From Octopus vulgaris (Eukaryota), in contig OX597823.1 of assembly GCA_951406725.2 (NCBI GenBank), forward strand, positions 7,316,001 through 7,380,000: 64,000 bases of DNA, in the 5' to 3' direction. How positions within the stretch are numbered: the first letter of the stretch is position 1; each line of letters begins with the position of its first letter. Shown piece by piece: positions 25,526 through 38,026 of the stretch. A program made the position numbers and the translations under genes. Below the pieces are notes generated by a model. The model did no database searches, was not told the DNA's origin, and worked only from the letters and a program-made list of their open reading frames with translations.

Positions 25526-26605
25526 ATAAATTGTAGAAAAACAATATTTTTTGAATTGATGAAATGTATAAAAATATCTCATTTTCCCCTTTCCCTCTCA
25601 ATAACAGTTCGTCGCATCAACACCTCGTCCCGAGAAAACCCTTGTGTTCATTTCTGTTTTTGTCGTGTATGAGACATAAAACTAGTTCGTATAATTAAAT
25701 TTTCTGGGAATTATATCAACTTAAGGTGTTGATATAGTCTTGTTTTATTCGTCTTAATTTTTCTGTCGTATAGAAAAGTTTTTATAGTATGGCAAAAGTA
25801 TGTAAAAAATAAAAATAAACATCCTCTTAATAGTGAAAGCTACGACGAAAAAGATGGGGTAAGAATTAAAAAAAATTTATAGATTCAAATTCCAAGTGTT
25901 TCAGAATGTGAAATTCAATAAAAAGATTTTTTTTTTTAAATGACAAAAAAGAAAATCAAAATTCCAGCAGTGGTTGCTGTTCCAAGGACACTGGAGGTAG
26001 GGGAGGAGGGCAGGTTTTTGAAAAAAATAAATGGGTTTATTGTTATTTACTTTTCTCTGAAAATGCAGAGTACATGTGTTTCAGAATATGGAATATAATA
26101 ACAAAAGGGTGGAAGAAATTTTTAGGGGTTATGGTTGTCGTGAAGGCACAAAAAGGTTGGAGTGGCAGACATTTAAAAATTATGAATTAAATATTTTTTT
26201 TTTTTTAGAAATGGCCTTCCCCATTCGTTTTGAAGTGCGTGATGCCAGAAAAAGAAAATGATTTTAGAAATCTCCGTCAAAACGGAGAAGTTCCAATTTA
26301 TGTGGGACAACTATTCCGCAAGTCCGCTGGAATAATAATAACGGAAAACTTCACTTAACATTTCCCATGAGGCATAGAACTTTGAGGAATGGCTATTCCA
26401 AAATCCCACCCAATTCCGTACTAAAATAAAGCTCTGACCAGGCTCAGTAACATCTTTTCTCGGTATAAACATTCAGTACAAAGACAGTGAATGTACTTAT
26501 ATGAAGACTGAATGCTACACAAATACAAAATGTGACAAGGCTGGTCCTCTGAAATACAGGTACAACTCATTTTTGCCAGCTGAGTGGACTGGACAACGGG
26601 AAATA

Positions 26606-27010
26606 CGAAGGTGGTATCAAAACGTTCCAGGACTAGTTATGTTTAATAAAAGAATAACTTATTTAACTAAGTTTTAACATCATCTTTGAAACAGTCATCT
26701 TGCACAACGATTCGCCGGTTCCAGCGACCCTGCCACTTTTGGAATCCAACCTGGAAGTCGTTTTCTGTAAGCGAGTCGCGGACCTTCTGCGATTCGCACT
26801 TGATCTCGACAACGGTGTTAAAACGGCAACCTTTGAGCTGCATTTTCATCTTGGAGAAGAGATGGAAGTTCGCAGGGGATAAATCTGGTGAATATGGCGG
26901 ATGCAGAAGCGATACTATTGTTATTTTTGGCGAGAAACTCACGAGTGAGGAGAGCTCGGTGACTAAGTGCATTGTCCTCGTGAAGAATTCAAATCTTCGC
27001 GCCCCACAGG
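26606..27010 (-). pseudogene. mariner transposase C-terminal remnant with 3' terminus
   Basis: HPPYSPDLSPANFHLF..LKGCRF..FQKWQGRW. TA-flanked TIR-like CGAAGGTGGTATCAAAA at 26606. Confidence 0.85.
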
Positions 27011-27288
27011 TCAACTATCGATATCTTTTCTTCTGTCTGTCTCTCTACGTTACACTGTGAGAAGGATTGAGAAGGACCACTGACAACATCCCTTTATTCG
27101 GAGAAGAGTTGAATGAAGAGATAAGCAACCTCTTACAAATAGAAAAAAAATAAACTAATACTATTCAAGAGTGATCCAACGTATAGTACAAAACGGAAAT
27201 AAAGTATAACGTAACGCGAGTGTCCACATGTACGAACTATGAGACTGAATTTTGACATATGAGCGTTCAGTTGTTTGATCAACTGGAC

Positions 27289-28034
27289 TAGTGGTTTTCA
27301 ATTATTTTCTTTTTACCTTTGGACCCCTTTGATTACTGTTTTATTCTGGTGGACATCCCTGCCTCACCATAGCCATTCGATGTGTAGCGTAGCTGATATC
27401 CTCACTGTTTGAGAGATATATTAGAACTGATCTCGTGTTAGATAACAACCATCTTCGACTATTTGACTCTGTTGTGTCCACTGCTCTGATTGGTTGACAG
27501 TAGTTTGTCTCTTCACTTGTTTCGTGCCAGTATGTAAGCCAACCAATCACGGCCTTCGAATACGGTCCCATGACACAGTCTTTTTTAGGTTTCACTGGCG
27601 CCCACCTCGGGTTATAAAAAGGCCCCAGCATTCACGATATCACGTCGTCTTTTGTTAGGGCGACCGTGCGGCGTTAAAAAGGAGACATTTCTATCACCAA
27701 CTCCTTTACGCACGGTCGTATCCCTCCAGTTGTTTCATAAGTAGTTTTATAGATACTTCTTTCAAAATTACTGTTTTGTTTTCCATACATTCACTTATAC
27801 AGGTTTGAAATTGCACCCTCTGAGAGAACATGTTCCAGCAGCTGGAAACATGTTGAACTATGTAAAGTGTCAGATAAAAGGAACCTAGTTGTTTCTTGCA
27901 AAAGTTTTTCATTGGCCCTTATGGTACTACTTAGAATCCCCTATTTTCTATTTTGCTTGCATGGACCCCTTCCCAAATAAAAAAGAATTATGTGGACCCC
28001 CAGAATCCATATGAACCCTAGTTGAGAACCACTG
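27289..28034. mobile_element. hAT-like non-autonomous element
   Basis: TIRs TAGTGGTTTTCAAT / GTTGAGAACCACTG, degenerate 8-bp TSD AACTGGAC/AACTAGAT, subterminal GGACCCC repeats. A related end lies at ~47689. Confidence 0.65.
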
Positions 28035-28223
28035 AACTAGATAAACCTGTTCTTCAGTTTAGAAGTGGTTGTATATTCCATAGACAATTGAAACCGGGAA
28101 TCGAAACCTTACCCTAAATTTTTCTGTAAATTTCTTTTTATTGTTCTCGGCATGAGGCAAATGTAAAAGCACTTGCATAAAGTAGCCACGCCAGTGTTCC
28201 ATTCAAGCGATAATGGATAGGCA

Positions 28224-28267
<44 letters not shown>

Positions 28268-28741
28268 GTGTGTGTATGTATGTATGTATTATACATGCAC
28301 CCCGCTTCTTTATACAGTCACTCAATTCTATTGCTTGAAATATTTCAAATTTCAGTACATTTTTGGTTGATTACGATGTCAAAACTGGCCCCGTGTTACA
28401 CTGATAGGCTTTTTTGTACTCATTTTCATTTCGTATTTACAAAATAGGTCCTTCTAAGACATTTCAATGTCATTTGCTTAAATATTTATTTTTCTAATTG
28501 AAAAATTACTCCGCGAAAGTTTCTTTTGCCGTAACAAAATTCTGTCAGTAACTTCGAATATTTGTTTACTTATCTAAGTGTCGGTCACGTATATATTACA
28601 GAAACACTACTGTATCGTTCACATTCACTCATTTTCACACCAAAATTGAATTTTTTAAAATATTTAAACGTTTATTTACTAAAAAAATATTAGTTTCTTT
28701 ACATCAATAATAGAAATATTAGGTGAGACCAAAAAAGTGGA

Positions 28742-29613
28742 GATTAACATGCAGTTTACCATCATTAAAAAGGCGAAATTAAATTGTAATAAAATTGAAA
28801 GTAAATTACAATAGAAACCGGAAGTGATATCCTATAATTTCTTGTAAACAATGTACGTGACATAACCAAAGTATTTATCATGAAAACTGTTCATATATTT
28901 TGTAATGATGAAAACAACCACATTTACGAGAAGACAATACAGTCATTGATGCACGAAATGAGATTCATGAATAGTTTTTGCACGATCTCTAAATTGTTTT
29001 CACTCTTGCTCGTGAATATATGATGTAAATATATCATCTCTACTCCCATGTTGTCGACGACATCTCTTATTGGCGAGCATCCATATCCCTTCTATTGTAA
29101 CATCAGTTTTCTATTGCAATTTACGGATCTTTTCGGTTTGAACGGCAGTTTTTTAAAATAATTTCCACGTAACTAAACACTTTTAAACTTCGTATACTGG
29201 TAGAATGTGTTTATAAAACATCTTTTTCTCTTGGCTTTATTGAGAAAATTCTATAGTTTGTAAGATATTTGTTGTTTTTTTCTTCAATTTCTGCAATTTC
29301 AACCAATCAGTGATGTCTATTGAGGTGAAAACATTCTGTGCCGTATGAATATGTCCCTCGTTTAAGAAATAGATTGGGTTTATTTACATTTCTAAAGAAA
29401 AAAAGATACCCTACCCCCAACCCTAACCCTAACCCTAACCCTTAAAACAGATTGAAATGCAATAGATCAATACTAGGGTCATAATTATGGGTGACAATTT
29501 CATATGACACCGCTAGAAAAAACTGACGTTCAAACCGAAAAGATCCCAATTTACTTAAATTTTTTAAGGCAATATATTTCCATTATTTTTCTATGGTAAA
29601 CTGAATATCGACC
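28742..29613. mobile_element. MITE with G(G)TTAACATGCAGTTTAC termini and 8-bp TSD, interrupted by a younger MITE
   Basis: Left GATTAACATGCAGTTTACCAT, right ATGGTAAACTGAATATCGACC. TSD AAAGTGGA at 28734-28741 and 29614-29621. Confidence 0.7.
29125..29546 (+). mobile_element. MITE, ~27-bp TIR GGATCTTTTCGGTTTGAACGGCAGTTT, 8-bp TSD, internal (CCCTAA)n; Merlin-like
   Basis: TIRs at both ends, TSD CAATTTAC, telomere-type repeats at ~29421-29440. Confidence 0.88.
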
Positions 29614-29988
29614 AAAGTGGAAAGGTGGAACGTCATCTAAGTATTGTTCCAGGGGGTCTTCCTGAGACTTTTTGTGAAGGCAATAACAATCCAAAAGGAA
29701 CTTTATAGTGAGTTCCTACTTCTCTGTGTGTGAGTAATATTTGATTAAAACTTTCGTAACGGGAGTAGTTACCAAAGCCCTGTTTACAGTCGAGATTTTC
29801 AATTATTTTTTATTTCCGTTTTGTTTAAAAACTTGACGGTCGTGTGGTAAAACGCTTGCTCCCCAACCATATGGTTCCAGTTTCGGTCCCACTACGTGGT
29901 ACCTTGGGTAAGTGTCTTCCACTATAGTTTTGGGTTGACCAAAGCCTTGCGAGTGGATTTGGTAGACGGAAACTGAAAGAAGCCCATA

Positions 29989-30035
<47 letters not shown>

Positions 30036-30038
<3 letters not shown>

Positions 30039-30346
30039 AGATCCCCTTCGGTCATGAATGACTGGAATTGCACATAGAAAGTTCTCCTCCGAGGTACAAG
30101 TCGGGGCAAGTTTGTTTTGTGGAAGACCAATTGTTGTCCATAGATACTAGTCTCTCATCTCCACGCCATCGATATTGTCAAAGGCCGACATAGCTTGGCA
30201 CCATTGATGTCACTACTGATTCCTACAGCTAGGTGAACAGGAGCAACATGAAATAAAATGTCTTGCTCAAGAGCTCAACACAGACCGGTCCGGGAATCGT
30301 ACTCACTATCTCACGATTGTAAGCTCGACGCTCTAACCACAGAGCC
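30036..30346 (-). mobile_element. Decayed tRNA-derived CORE-like SINE with a different tail
   Basis: Minus-strand head GGCTCTGTGGTTAGAGCGTC..GATTCCCGGACC, followed by CTTGAGCAAGACA. Confidence 0.55.
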
Positions 30347-30600
30347 GTGTGTGTTTGTGCCTGTGTTATCCCCCACCACCAACAGGTGTTGGTGTGTACG
30401 TCCCCGTAACTAGGAGGTTCGTCAAAAGACTCCGATAGAATAAGTACCAGGCTTTAAATAAATAAGCACTTGGGTCGATTCGTGCGACAAAAAATTCTCC
30501 AGAGTGGTGCCCCAGCATGGCCGAAAAGTAAAAGAATAAACTGAACAGGTTTTTAAGTATATACTCTTCTCCTCAACACTATTGAAATACGTCAATATAT

Positions 30601-31802
30601 GGTTAACATGCAGTTTACAGTCGTAAAAAAGTGAAAGTGAATTGTCCTAAAACTATTTAAAATAAACCACGATGGAAACCGTAAGTCGATGTATGTGGCA
30701 TAAAGTACAGAATGTACATGTATATAATCTTTTGTACTCTAAGCACAAGGCCCGAAATTGTTGAAGAGGGAACCAGTCGATTAGATCGACCCCAGTACGC
30801 AACTGGTACTTAATTTATCGACCTCGAAAGTATGATAAGTAAAGTCGACCTCAGCGGAATTTGAACTCAGAACGTAAAGACAGACGAAATACCGCTAAGA
30901 ATTTCGCCCGGTATGCTAACGTTTTTTATTTCTTTATTGCCCACAAGGGGTTAAACATAGAGGGGACAAACAAGGAGAGACAAAGGGATTAAATCGATTA
31001 CATCGACCCTAGTACGTAACTGGTATTTAATTTATCGACCCCGATAGGATGATAGGCAAAGCCGACCTCAGCGGAATTTGAACTCAGAACACAAAGACAG
31101 ACGAAATACCTATTTCTTTACTACCTACAAGGGGCTAAACATAGAGTGGACAAACAAGGACAAAGGGATTAAGTCGATTACATCGACCCCAGTGCGTAAC
31201 TGGTACTTAATTTATCGACCCCGAAAGGATGAGAGGCAAAGTCGACCTCGGCGGAATTTGAACTCAGAACGCAAGGGCAGACGAAATACTTATTTCTATT
31301 TCTTTATTACCCACAAGGGGCTAAACACAGAGGGGACAAACAAGGACAGACATAGGTATTAAGTCGATTACATCGACCCCAGTGCGTAACTGGTACTTGA
31401 TTTATCGACTCCGAAAGGATGAAAGGCAAAGTCGACCTCGGCGGAATTCGAACTCACAACAGGCAAAATACCGTTAAGCATTATCGCACCGCATGCTAAC
31501 GTTTCTGCCAGCTCGGCACCTTACAGAACGTACATGTATATAATACACAATGAAAACCACCGTGCATATGTTTTATATAAGATGAAAACAATCACACTTC
31601 TCAATGATGTTTCATTGCTGGATATAGTACTAGGAACGATATACCTCATCTGCTATTTTTGAAATATTTATCACTATCAGATAATATAAAGAAGGAGTTC
31701 TATATGTTCATTTTACGAAATTTTGGGCAGCCACTGTCGTTACTTCCGGTTTCTGTCGCAATTTACCTTCACTTTTTTACAACCGTAAACTGCATGTTAA
31801 CC
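30601..31802. mobile_element. MITE of the GGTTAACATGCAGTTTAC family interrupted by a SINE array
   Basis: Left GGTTAACATGCAGTTTACAGTCGTAAAAAAGTGAA, right TTCACTTTTTTACAACCGTAAACTGCATGTTAACC. No TSD seen. Confidence 0.7.
30730..31522 (-). mobile_element. Tandem array of four family-B SINE units
   Basis: The ~185-bp block TCGACCCCAGT..TTTATCGACCCCGAAAGGATG..GGAATTTGAACTC occurs four times. The intact head is at ~31480-31520. Confidence 0.88.
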
Positions 31803-32735
31803 TGGGCAAGACACAGATTCCCTCAATGAATTGAGGTAGCCATTTATTGGGGCAGAGTTCCTAGGTCAAGTGTTTTTCCTAGTTGACTAATGCTTTTTGA
31901 GTGGAATCTGACTGAAGAAAAAACAGTGAAAGAGCAAATCTTAAGAATGTTATTTAAATTATGACTTTCTACTCAGACTATGAAGGGTTCAATGTGGGTA
32001 TTGGTAAGGCTGGTTGTGGAATTGGGGCCATACCTGCTAGGTAAGCGATTTGCCAGTACCCTAATTGGGTATGAATGTTGAGTATTGTTTTTTTAAATAT
32101 CTACATAGACAATTAAGAATTGACTTTAACTACCTTCTCACTCACTCTCCACCTCTCTCTCTCTCTCGCCATCTATATCTTTTCTTTCTTTCTTTCTTTC
32201 TTACGCATTCAAAGGTAAGAAAGGAAGCAAATAAAAGAATGATAGAAAGGAAAAAGTAAGAGAGAGAGAGATTGCTGCCTTTGAGAAGGTAAGGAGCAGG
32301 CTGAAAGGAAGTTGGAAGAAAAGCTGTTATCACCTGGAGAGGGGGTGGTCACGTCGTAAAAGTTTGCGACAAGCTGTTTAACGACTCGTTTCAATTAATT
32401 GACGTAACGCTAACACAATCAGCAGCATTGTGCGGTTTAGATATTCCTTTGAAGTTCCTGAAACAATAATACAATATAAATAAATAAGTAAATATAAATA
32501 GATGAATTAAATGCATCTTAGTTTAGAATGTAGCTAAAAACATAGGATTCTTAAGTAACCTTAGGCCTTATTTTTTTTTGCGGTGGGTGGGACGTTGTTA
32601 TTATTGACAGAAACTGATTTCCAATCTACACAAGAAAATACGGATGCATAAAAATATATAAAATGCATATACAGTCAGACACTAGCACACGCATACACGT
32701 ATAAAGATTAAATATTTACCGACGACAAATAAGCA

Positions 32736-32811
<76 letters not shown>

Positions 32812-32995
32812 TCATTTGTTTTCGTTTGATAATACCGATTTGCCTTTTCGTGTTATGTCTACTTAACTGATGACGTAAAACTCAGTATAATTGGGGCAGC
32901 TACTCAATTGAACCAAAGTGTTCTTATGTCGATATGCGTCTCAAATAACCTATATGTATATATAACACATATGCACTTATGTATATATGTGTATG

Positions 32996-33036
<41 letters not shown>

Positions 33037-33160
33037 GCGCGCACACACACACACGCGCGCACACACACACAAGTGAGTAATCAAGCGAAAAGAGTAGCAC
33101 TCAACGACACATTTATTGCGAGTTACATATATTTTTAATAAATTTGACTCTGCTTCACAT

Positions 33161-33255
33161 GACCTAATGCTTCGTGGGCGTTTAGGGCACGTCCATTTCT
33201 GTGCCTAGCATCTGATAAGATGGACGTATCCTACACGCCCACAAAGCTTCAGGTC
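33161..33255. repeat. ~95-nt GC-rich hairpin (about 36-bp imperfect arms)
   Basis: GACCT..GCTTCGTGGGCGTTTAGGGCACGTCCAT pairs with ATGGACGTATCCTACACGCCCACAAAGC..AGGTC. Confidence 0.8.
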
Positions 33256-33386
33256 AAATGGTGTGTGTGTGTGTGTTAGCGCTAACAGACCTTCTTAAAG
33301 ATAACGTATTTGCAGTGGCATGTACCTAATGATATACAGAGATCATTTATTGCATACCGTAAATCATCGAATATAATCCGCATTTT

Positions 33387-33804
33387 GGATCTTTTCGGTT
33401 TGAACGGCAGTTTTTTCTAGCGGTGTCATACGAAATTGTCACCCATAATTATGATCCTAGTATCGATCTATTGCATTTCAATCTGTTTTAGGGTTAGGAT
33501 TAGGGGTGGGGGGAAGGGTATCTTTTTTTCTTTAGAAATGTAAATAAACCCAATCTGTTTCTTAAACGAGGGACATATTCATACGGCACAGAATGTTTTT
33601 TTACCTCAATAGACGTCAGTGATTGGTTGAAATTGCAGAAATTGAAGAAAAACAACAACAAATATCTTACAAACTATAGAATTTTCTCAATAAAGCCAAG
33701 AGAAAAAGATGTTTTATAAACACATTCTACCAGTATACGAAGTTTAACATTTTTTAGTTACCTAGAAATTATATTAAAAACTGCCGTTCAAACCGAAAAG
33801 ATCC
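33387..33804 (-). mobile_element. Second copy of the GGATCTTTTCGG MITE, opposite orientation
   Basis: Perfect TIRs, TSD CGCATTTT, internal TTAGGGTTAGGATTAGGG. The body is the reverse complement of 29125-29546. Confidence 0.88.
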
Positions 33805-34908
33805 CGCATTTTTTTCCCAAAAATTTAAAGGTCAAAATCCCTAGTGCGTACTAAACACGAGGTTAAAAATGAAAAATATTTTCTAAGCAATGTCCGAGTC
33901 TCTATTTGCTGTCCAGCAATGTTTATTCAGATGCATTTTATGATGTTGGGCGCGAAAATACCTTAAGCTAAGCCTGAAAGCAATGAAGTCATAAAAGAAT
34001 CATCCATAACTTGCAGTAAGCAACATTTATTAAAATAAAAGTATTCAGAACACAGAATAACATGTAACGAAAACAATTTACAAACATATTTACATTCCTA
34101 TATAACAGTTAAGAACATCACCATTACGCATGCGCGGAAGTGTTTGTTCGACTAGGTGCTGCTGGCTTAATTACGCACGACTCAGGTTAGAGAAGGGGTG
34201 CGTATTATACACAATGTTTACGTTTTGACCACGTAACTGTGTTTGGGAAGTTCTTCTCTAGGGTGCATGTAGGGGCAAGGGTCATAAAAAAAACAACAAT
34301 ATATCTCCCTTTTCTACATTACCAATGTTATCCAAAGGAAAAGCAGGTCTGATTCATTTCGGTATCACTTTTGTCGCAAGAATTGTCGCCAGAATGTCAA
34401 AGAACGAGGAAGATACCGTAAAGCATCTCATCTGACGCTCTAACAAATCTGTTAATCCGCTGCCCTGGGCTTGCACTTTATTTATCGATCCTAAAGGGTG
34501 AGAGATAAATTGACCACGATAGGATTTGAAATTAGAGAGCAGAGAGCCAAAACAAGTACTGCAAAGCATTTTATACGATACTGTAACCACTCTGCCAATT
34601 CGAAATCTATTCTTCAGGGTCTGCGGTTGCCGTACAAATAAATGATGACTGAGGGAGAGAGAGGGGGGATTCAAAATGTTAAAGAATGCCGTTATTAATG
34701 GTTGTCTCCATTACTTTAGAGGTTTTATATGCATATGTTATTTTTTCTTACTTGCCGCTGTACAGGAAGAGGCAGTGTCCTTGGCCTACGCAGGCTCTTC
34801 AGGATCGGTGAGATTGATGGCGTTATTGTTACTTTTGAACCATTGCAAGTCAAACTGAGAACAGTTTTGCAGAGAGAGAGAGAGAGAGGGATAGAGAAAG
34901 AGAGAGAG

Positions 34909-34952
<44 letters not shown>

Positions 34953-35235
34953 AGAGAGAGAGAGAGATGACATTTTGAGAAGGAAGAACTGGTAAAACAA
35001 CTGCCTGAAATCGTAAAGGCATTGCTTAATTTAATAAATGATCAAAACTGGTCCTCCGTCGGTTACGACGACAAGGGTTCCAGTTGATCCGATCAACAGA
35101 ACAGCCTGCTCGTGAAATTAATGTGCAAGTGGCTGTGTACTCCACAGACGCTTACTCTTAACGTAGATCTCAGAGATATTCAGCGTGACGCAGAATGTGA
35201 CAAGGCTGACCCGTTTGAATTACAGGTACTACACA

Positions 35236-35425
35236 AGGCGGCGAGCTGGCAGAATTGTTAGCACGCGTTCAAATTCCGCCGAGGTCGCTTTGCCTTTTAT
35301 CCTTTCGGGGTCGATTAAATAAGTACCAGTTACGCACTGGGGTCGATGTAATCGACTTAATCCGTTTGTCTGTCCTTGTTTGTCCCCTCTGTGTTTAGCC
35401 CCTTGTGGGTAGTAAAGAAATAGGT
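35236..35425 (+). mobile_element. Family-B SINE inserted in an older minus-strand SINE (~35050-35460)
   Basis: Flanking duplication AGGTACTAC. The host sequence rejoins as in the uninterrupted copy at 26530-26600. Confidence 0.75.
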
Positions 35426-35588
35426 ACTACTCATTTTTGCCAGCTGAGTGAACGGAAGTGAAATGATCCAAAAACCCAAACGTATAAGGATAGCCGAGCA
35501 TTTTTGAACGACGTATGCGATTTTGACTCTTTAATCGGATTGTTTCTGCTGTGAATAATATTGTCAAACACGAACAGCCTCAGCAAGT

Positions 35589-35755
35589 GGAGGCGCAATT
35601 GCCCAGTGGTTAGGGCAGCGAACTCGCGGTCGGAGGATCGCGGTTTCGATTCCCAGACCAGGCGTTGTGTGTGTTTATTGAGCGAAAACACCTAAAGCTC
35701 CACGAGGCTCCGGCAGGGGGTGGTGGCGACCCCTGTTGTACTCTTTCGCCCCAAC
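35589..35755 (+). mobile_element. tRNA-derived SINE family C head (3'-truncated), abutting a minus-strand family-A SINE (~35756-36100)
   Basis: GGAGGCGCAATTGCCCAGTGGTTAGGGCAGC..GGTTTCGATTCCC matches 49007 onward. Confidence 0.8.
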
Positions 35756-37164
35756 TTATTCTGTCGGTCTGTTTCGCCAAACCGCTAAGTTGCGGGTACG
35801 TAAACACATCAACGCCGCTTGTCAAGCGGTGACGAGAGACAAACACAGATACAAAGACATAGATGGATGGATAGATAGATAGATAGATAGGCCAGTAGAT
35901 AGATACATACATACATACAGACTGACATACACACACACATACGCACGACGGGCTCTTTTAGTTTCCATTAACCAAATCCACACGCAAGGCTTTGGTCAGC
36001 CCGAGGTTTATAGTAAAAGAAACTTGTCCAAGTCGCCATTCGATCGGACAGAACCCGGAACCATGTGACTGGGAAACAAATTTCTTTCCACATAGTCATG
36101 TCTTGAATTCGAACCTGAAGTGTTTAAGTCTGAAAGTCAAAACTGCTGGCGAATAAAACTGCTCAATTTGGTAATGTTGACCAACAATAATTGCCAACCA
36201 TAAAATTCTGTAACTATAATGATTTTTCGGTACAAGAACAATTTCTAAAAAATCCCAAAAAATCTCAAGGCCTAGAATTTTGGGAGAAGGGACTTGTCGA
36301 TTACATCAACTCCAGTACTTCACTGGTACTTGGTTTATCGACCCTGAAAGGATGAAAGGCAAAGTCGATCACGGCAGAATTTGAACTCAGAACGTAAAGA
36401 CGAACGAAATGTCGCTAAGCATTTTGCCCGGCGTTTTAACGATTCTGCCAGCTCACCACCCTTTATTTGGTAATAGCGACCAGAGTGCTGTGACTTTTTT
36501 CATTTCTAGTTTGAATTGCTTTTATTTGTTCAATTGTTCTCGAGAAAGTCATGAGTGTTAGACATTTTCATTTTCTTTACTCTACGAAACTTGTTTTATA
36601 CTTATGTAAGAAAGTATAAGAAGAATTTGCCTTAAGCTGTAGTCTGCCCAACTTCCTGTTAGGATATAACAAATCGTTCACAAATTAGCTGCCGCCGAAA
36701 AATCATCTGATAATCACAAAACTAATACTTCCTTTTCTGTTTATCCGGCGCAATTTCCGGGAAGTGCAGTAGTACACTGTAGTTTGTCATAGTTTTCAAG
36801 CTGTAAGAAAAAAAAAATTGTCACAGTCTTAGAAGCAGACAAAGCAAAACAAATTATATACTACCCTCGTTATTATTTAGCCCCAAGAAACCCTGATCAA
36901 ACAGAGCAATGATCAAAGTTGCTTCTTCCGTGACCACCTCATCTTTCATTCTACACTCTGCACTTCGAACGATATTATCTAATTATTATTCCCTTTTTAA
37001 AGATATTAGGATATGATTTAAGATAGATTTGGATGCTATTTCTAGCATGTCGAATAACCAAGAAGAGGAACCTTTGTTGACTTTTCACTGCCCTCATACA
37101 AAACTAGTGGATTGTATAATTTATTGTATCTATTTAAACTTAAGTTCTTTGATAATTGAATATA

Positions 37165-38026
37165 TGAGATGCGTTCGAAAAGTATCGGACTTTATTTTTT
37201 CCTGCCAAAACTAATGCCGCATGGGAAATCCTTTGCATAGATGACGTCACACTTCCTGCGCTTGCGTGAAAATTATCGCACTGGTAGGCCGAGTCAGTTC
37301 CCGACTGTTACGCCAAGTGTACAGACGTGTACTGCGCGCACATCAAATTTTCGTTTTCACACAAGGTGAAAGAACGCATCGAGCAGCAACCATAAACCCA
37401 TGTCTCAACATCAGTGATAATGGTTTTCATAAAATCTGGGTCGTGGTTTGTACGGTCCAGAATGTCTGAACGATTTCCACGCGGAGTTGCCTCTGCTACT
37501 CTGCAAGCACTTTGGGGATGAATTTCGCCGATACACTCCGCATGCACAAATCCTCTGTTAAAATGATCCTCTATGCTTAATTCCATTTTGTGAGCAATTT
37601 CCTGGATTGTTACGCATAACTACTCGCCAAAGTTCCTCAATCGGCTCCTCATTTAGGTTTGCCTGACCTGCCTGAGCATGCCTCGCTCTCCACCCAGATA
37701 CGGTCATGTTTGAAACGGCTGTACTAAAAGCCTGCTGAATCTTCTGGATAGTTTGAGTTTAAGTATCACCAAGCCCTCGACAAAACTTGGTGAAATATCT
37801 CTGCTCAATACATTCGGTCGTCTTGCGTGAAAACGAAAATCCGACGAGCGCGCACTACATGTGTGTACTCTAGATGTAACAGCAGAGAACTGACGTGGCC
37901 TGCTGGCGCGAAAATTTTCCTGCATGCGCAGTAAGGGTGGTGCTGCCTCCCACCCAAAGGATTTTGCCCACGTGGCATTAGCTTTGGCGGGAAAAATGAA
38001 ACCGGATACTTTTTGAATGCACATCG
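37165..38026 (-). mobile_element. Rearranged mariner relic: two 5' ends facing inward, transposase N-terminal remnants on minus strand
   Basis: About 220-bp diverged inverted arms. Minus-strand remnants TEDLCMRSVSAKFIPKVL and NHDPDFMKTIITDVETWVYG. Confidence 0.8.

Noticed and set aside
29421-29440. Telomere or chromosome-fusion relic
   Set aside because: Only about three CCCTAA units, and they are internal to a MITE present in more than one copy.
32260-32440. Possible promoter or regulatory element (TGACGTAA, GTCACGTC motifs)
   Set aside because: Short motifs like these are expected by chance, and there is no linked gene or other support in the sequence.
34770-34806. Minus-strand CTGAAGA-GCCT(GCGT)AGGC hammerhead-like start, near a possible GTAAGA splice donor at ~34752
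   Set aside because: Stem II is followed by CAAG rather than GAAA, stems I and III do not form, and no coding frame supports an exon.
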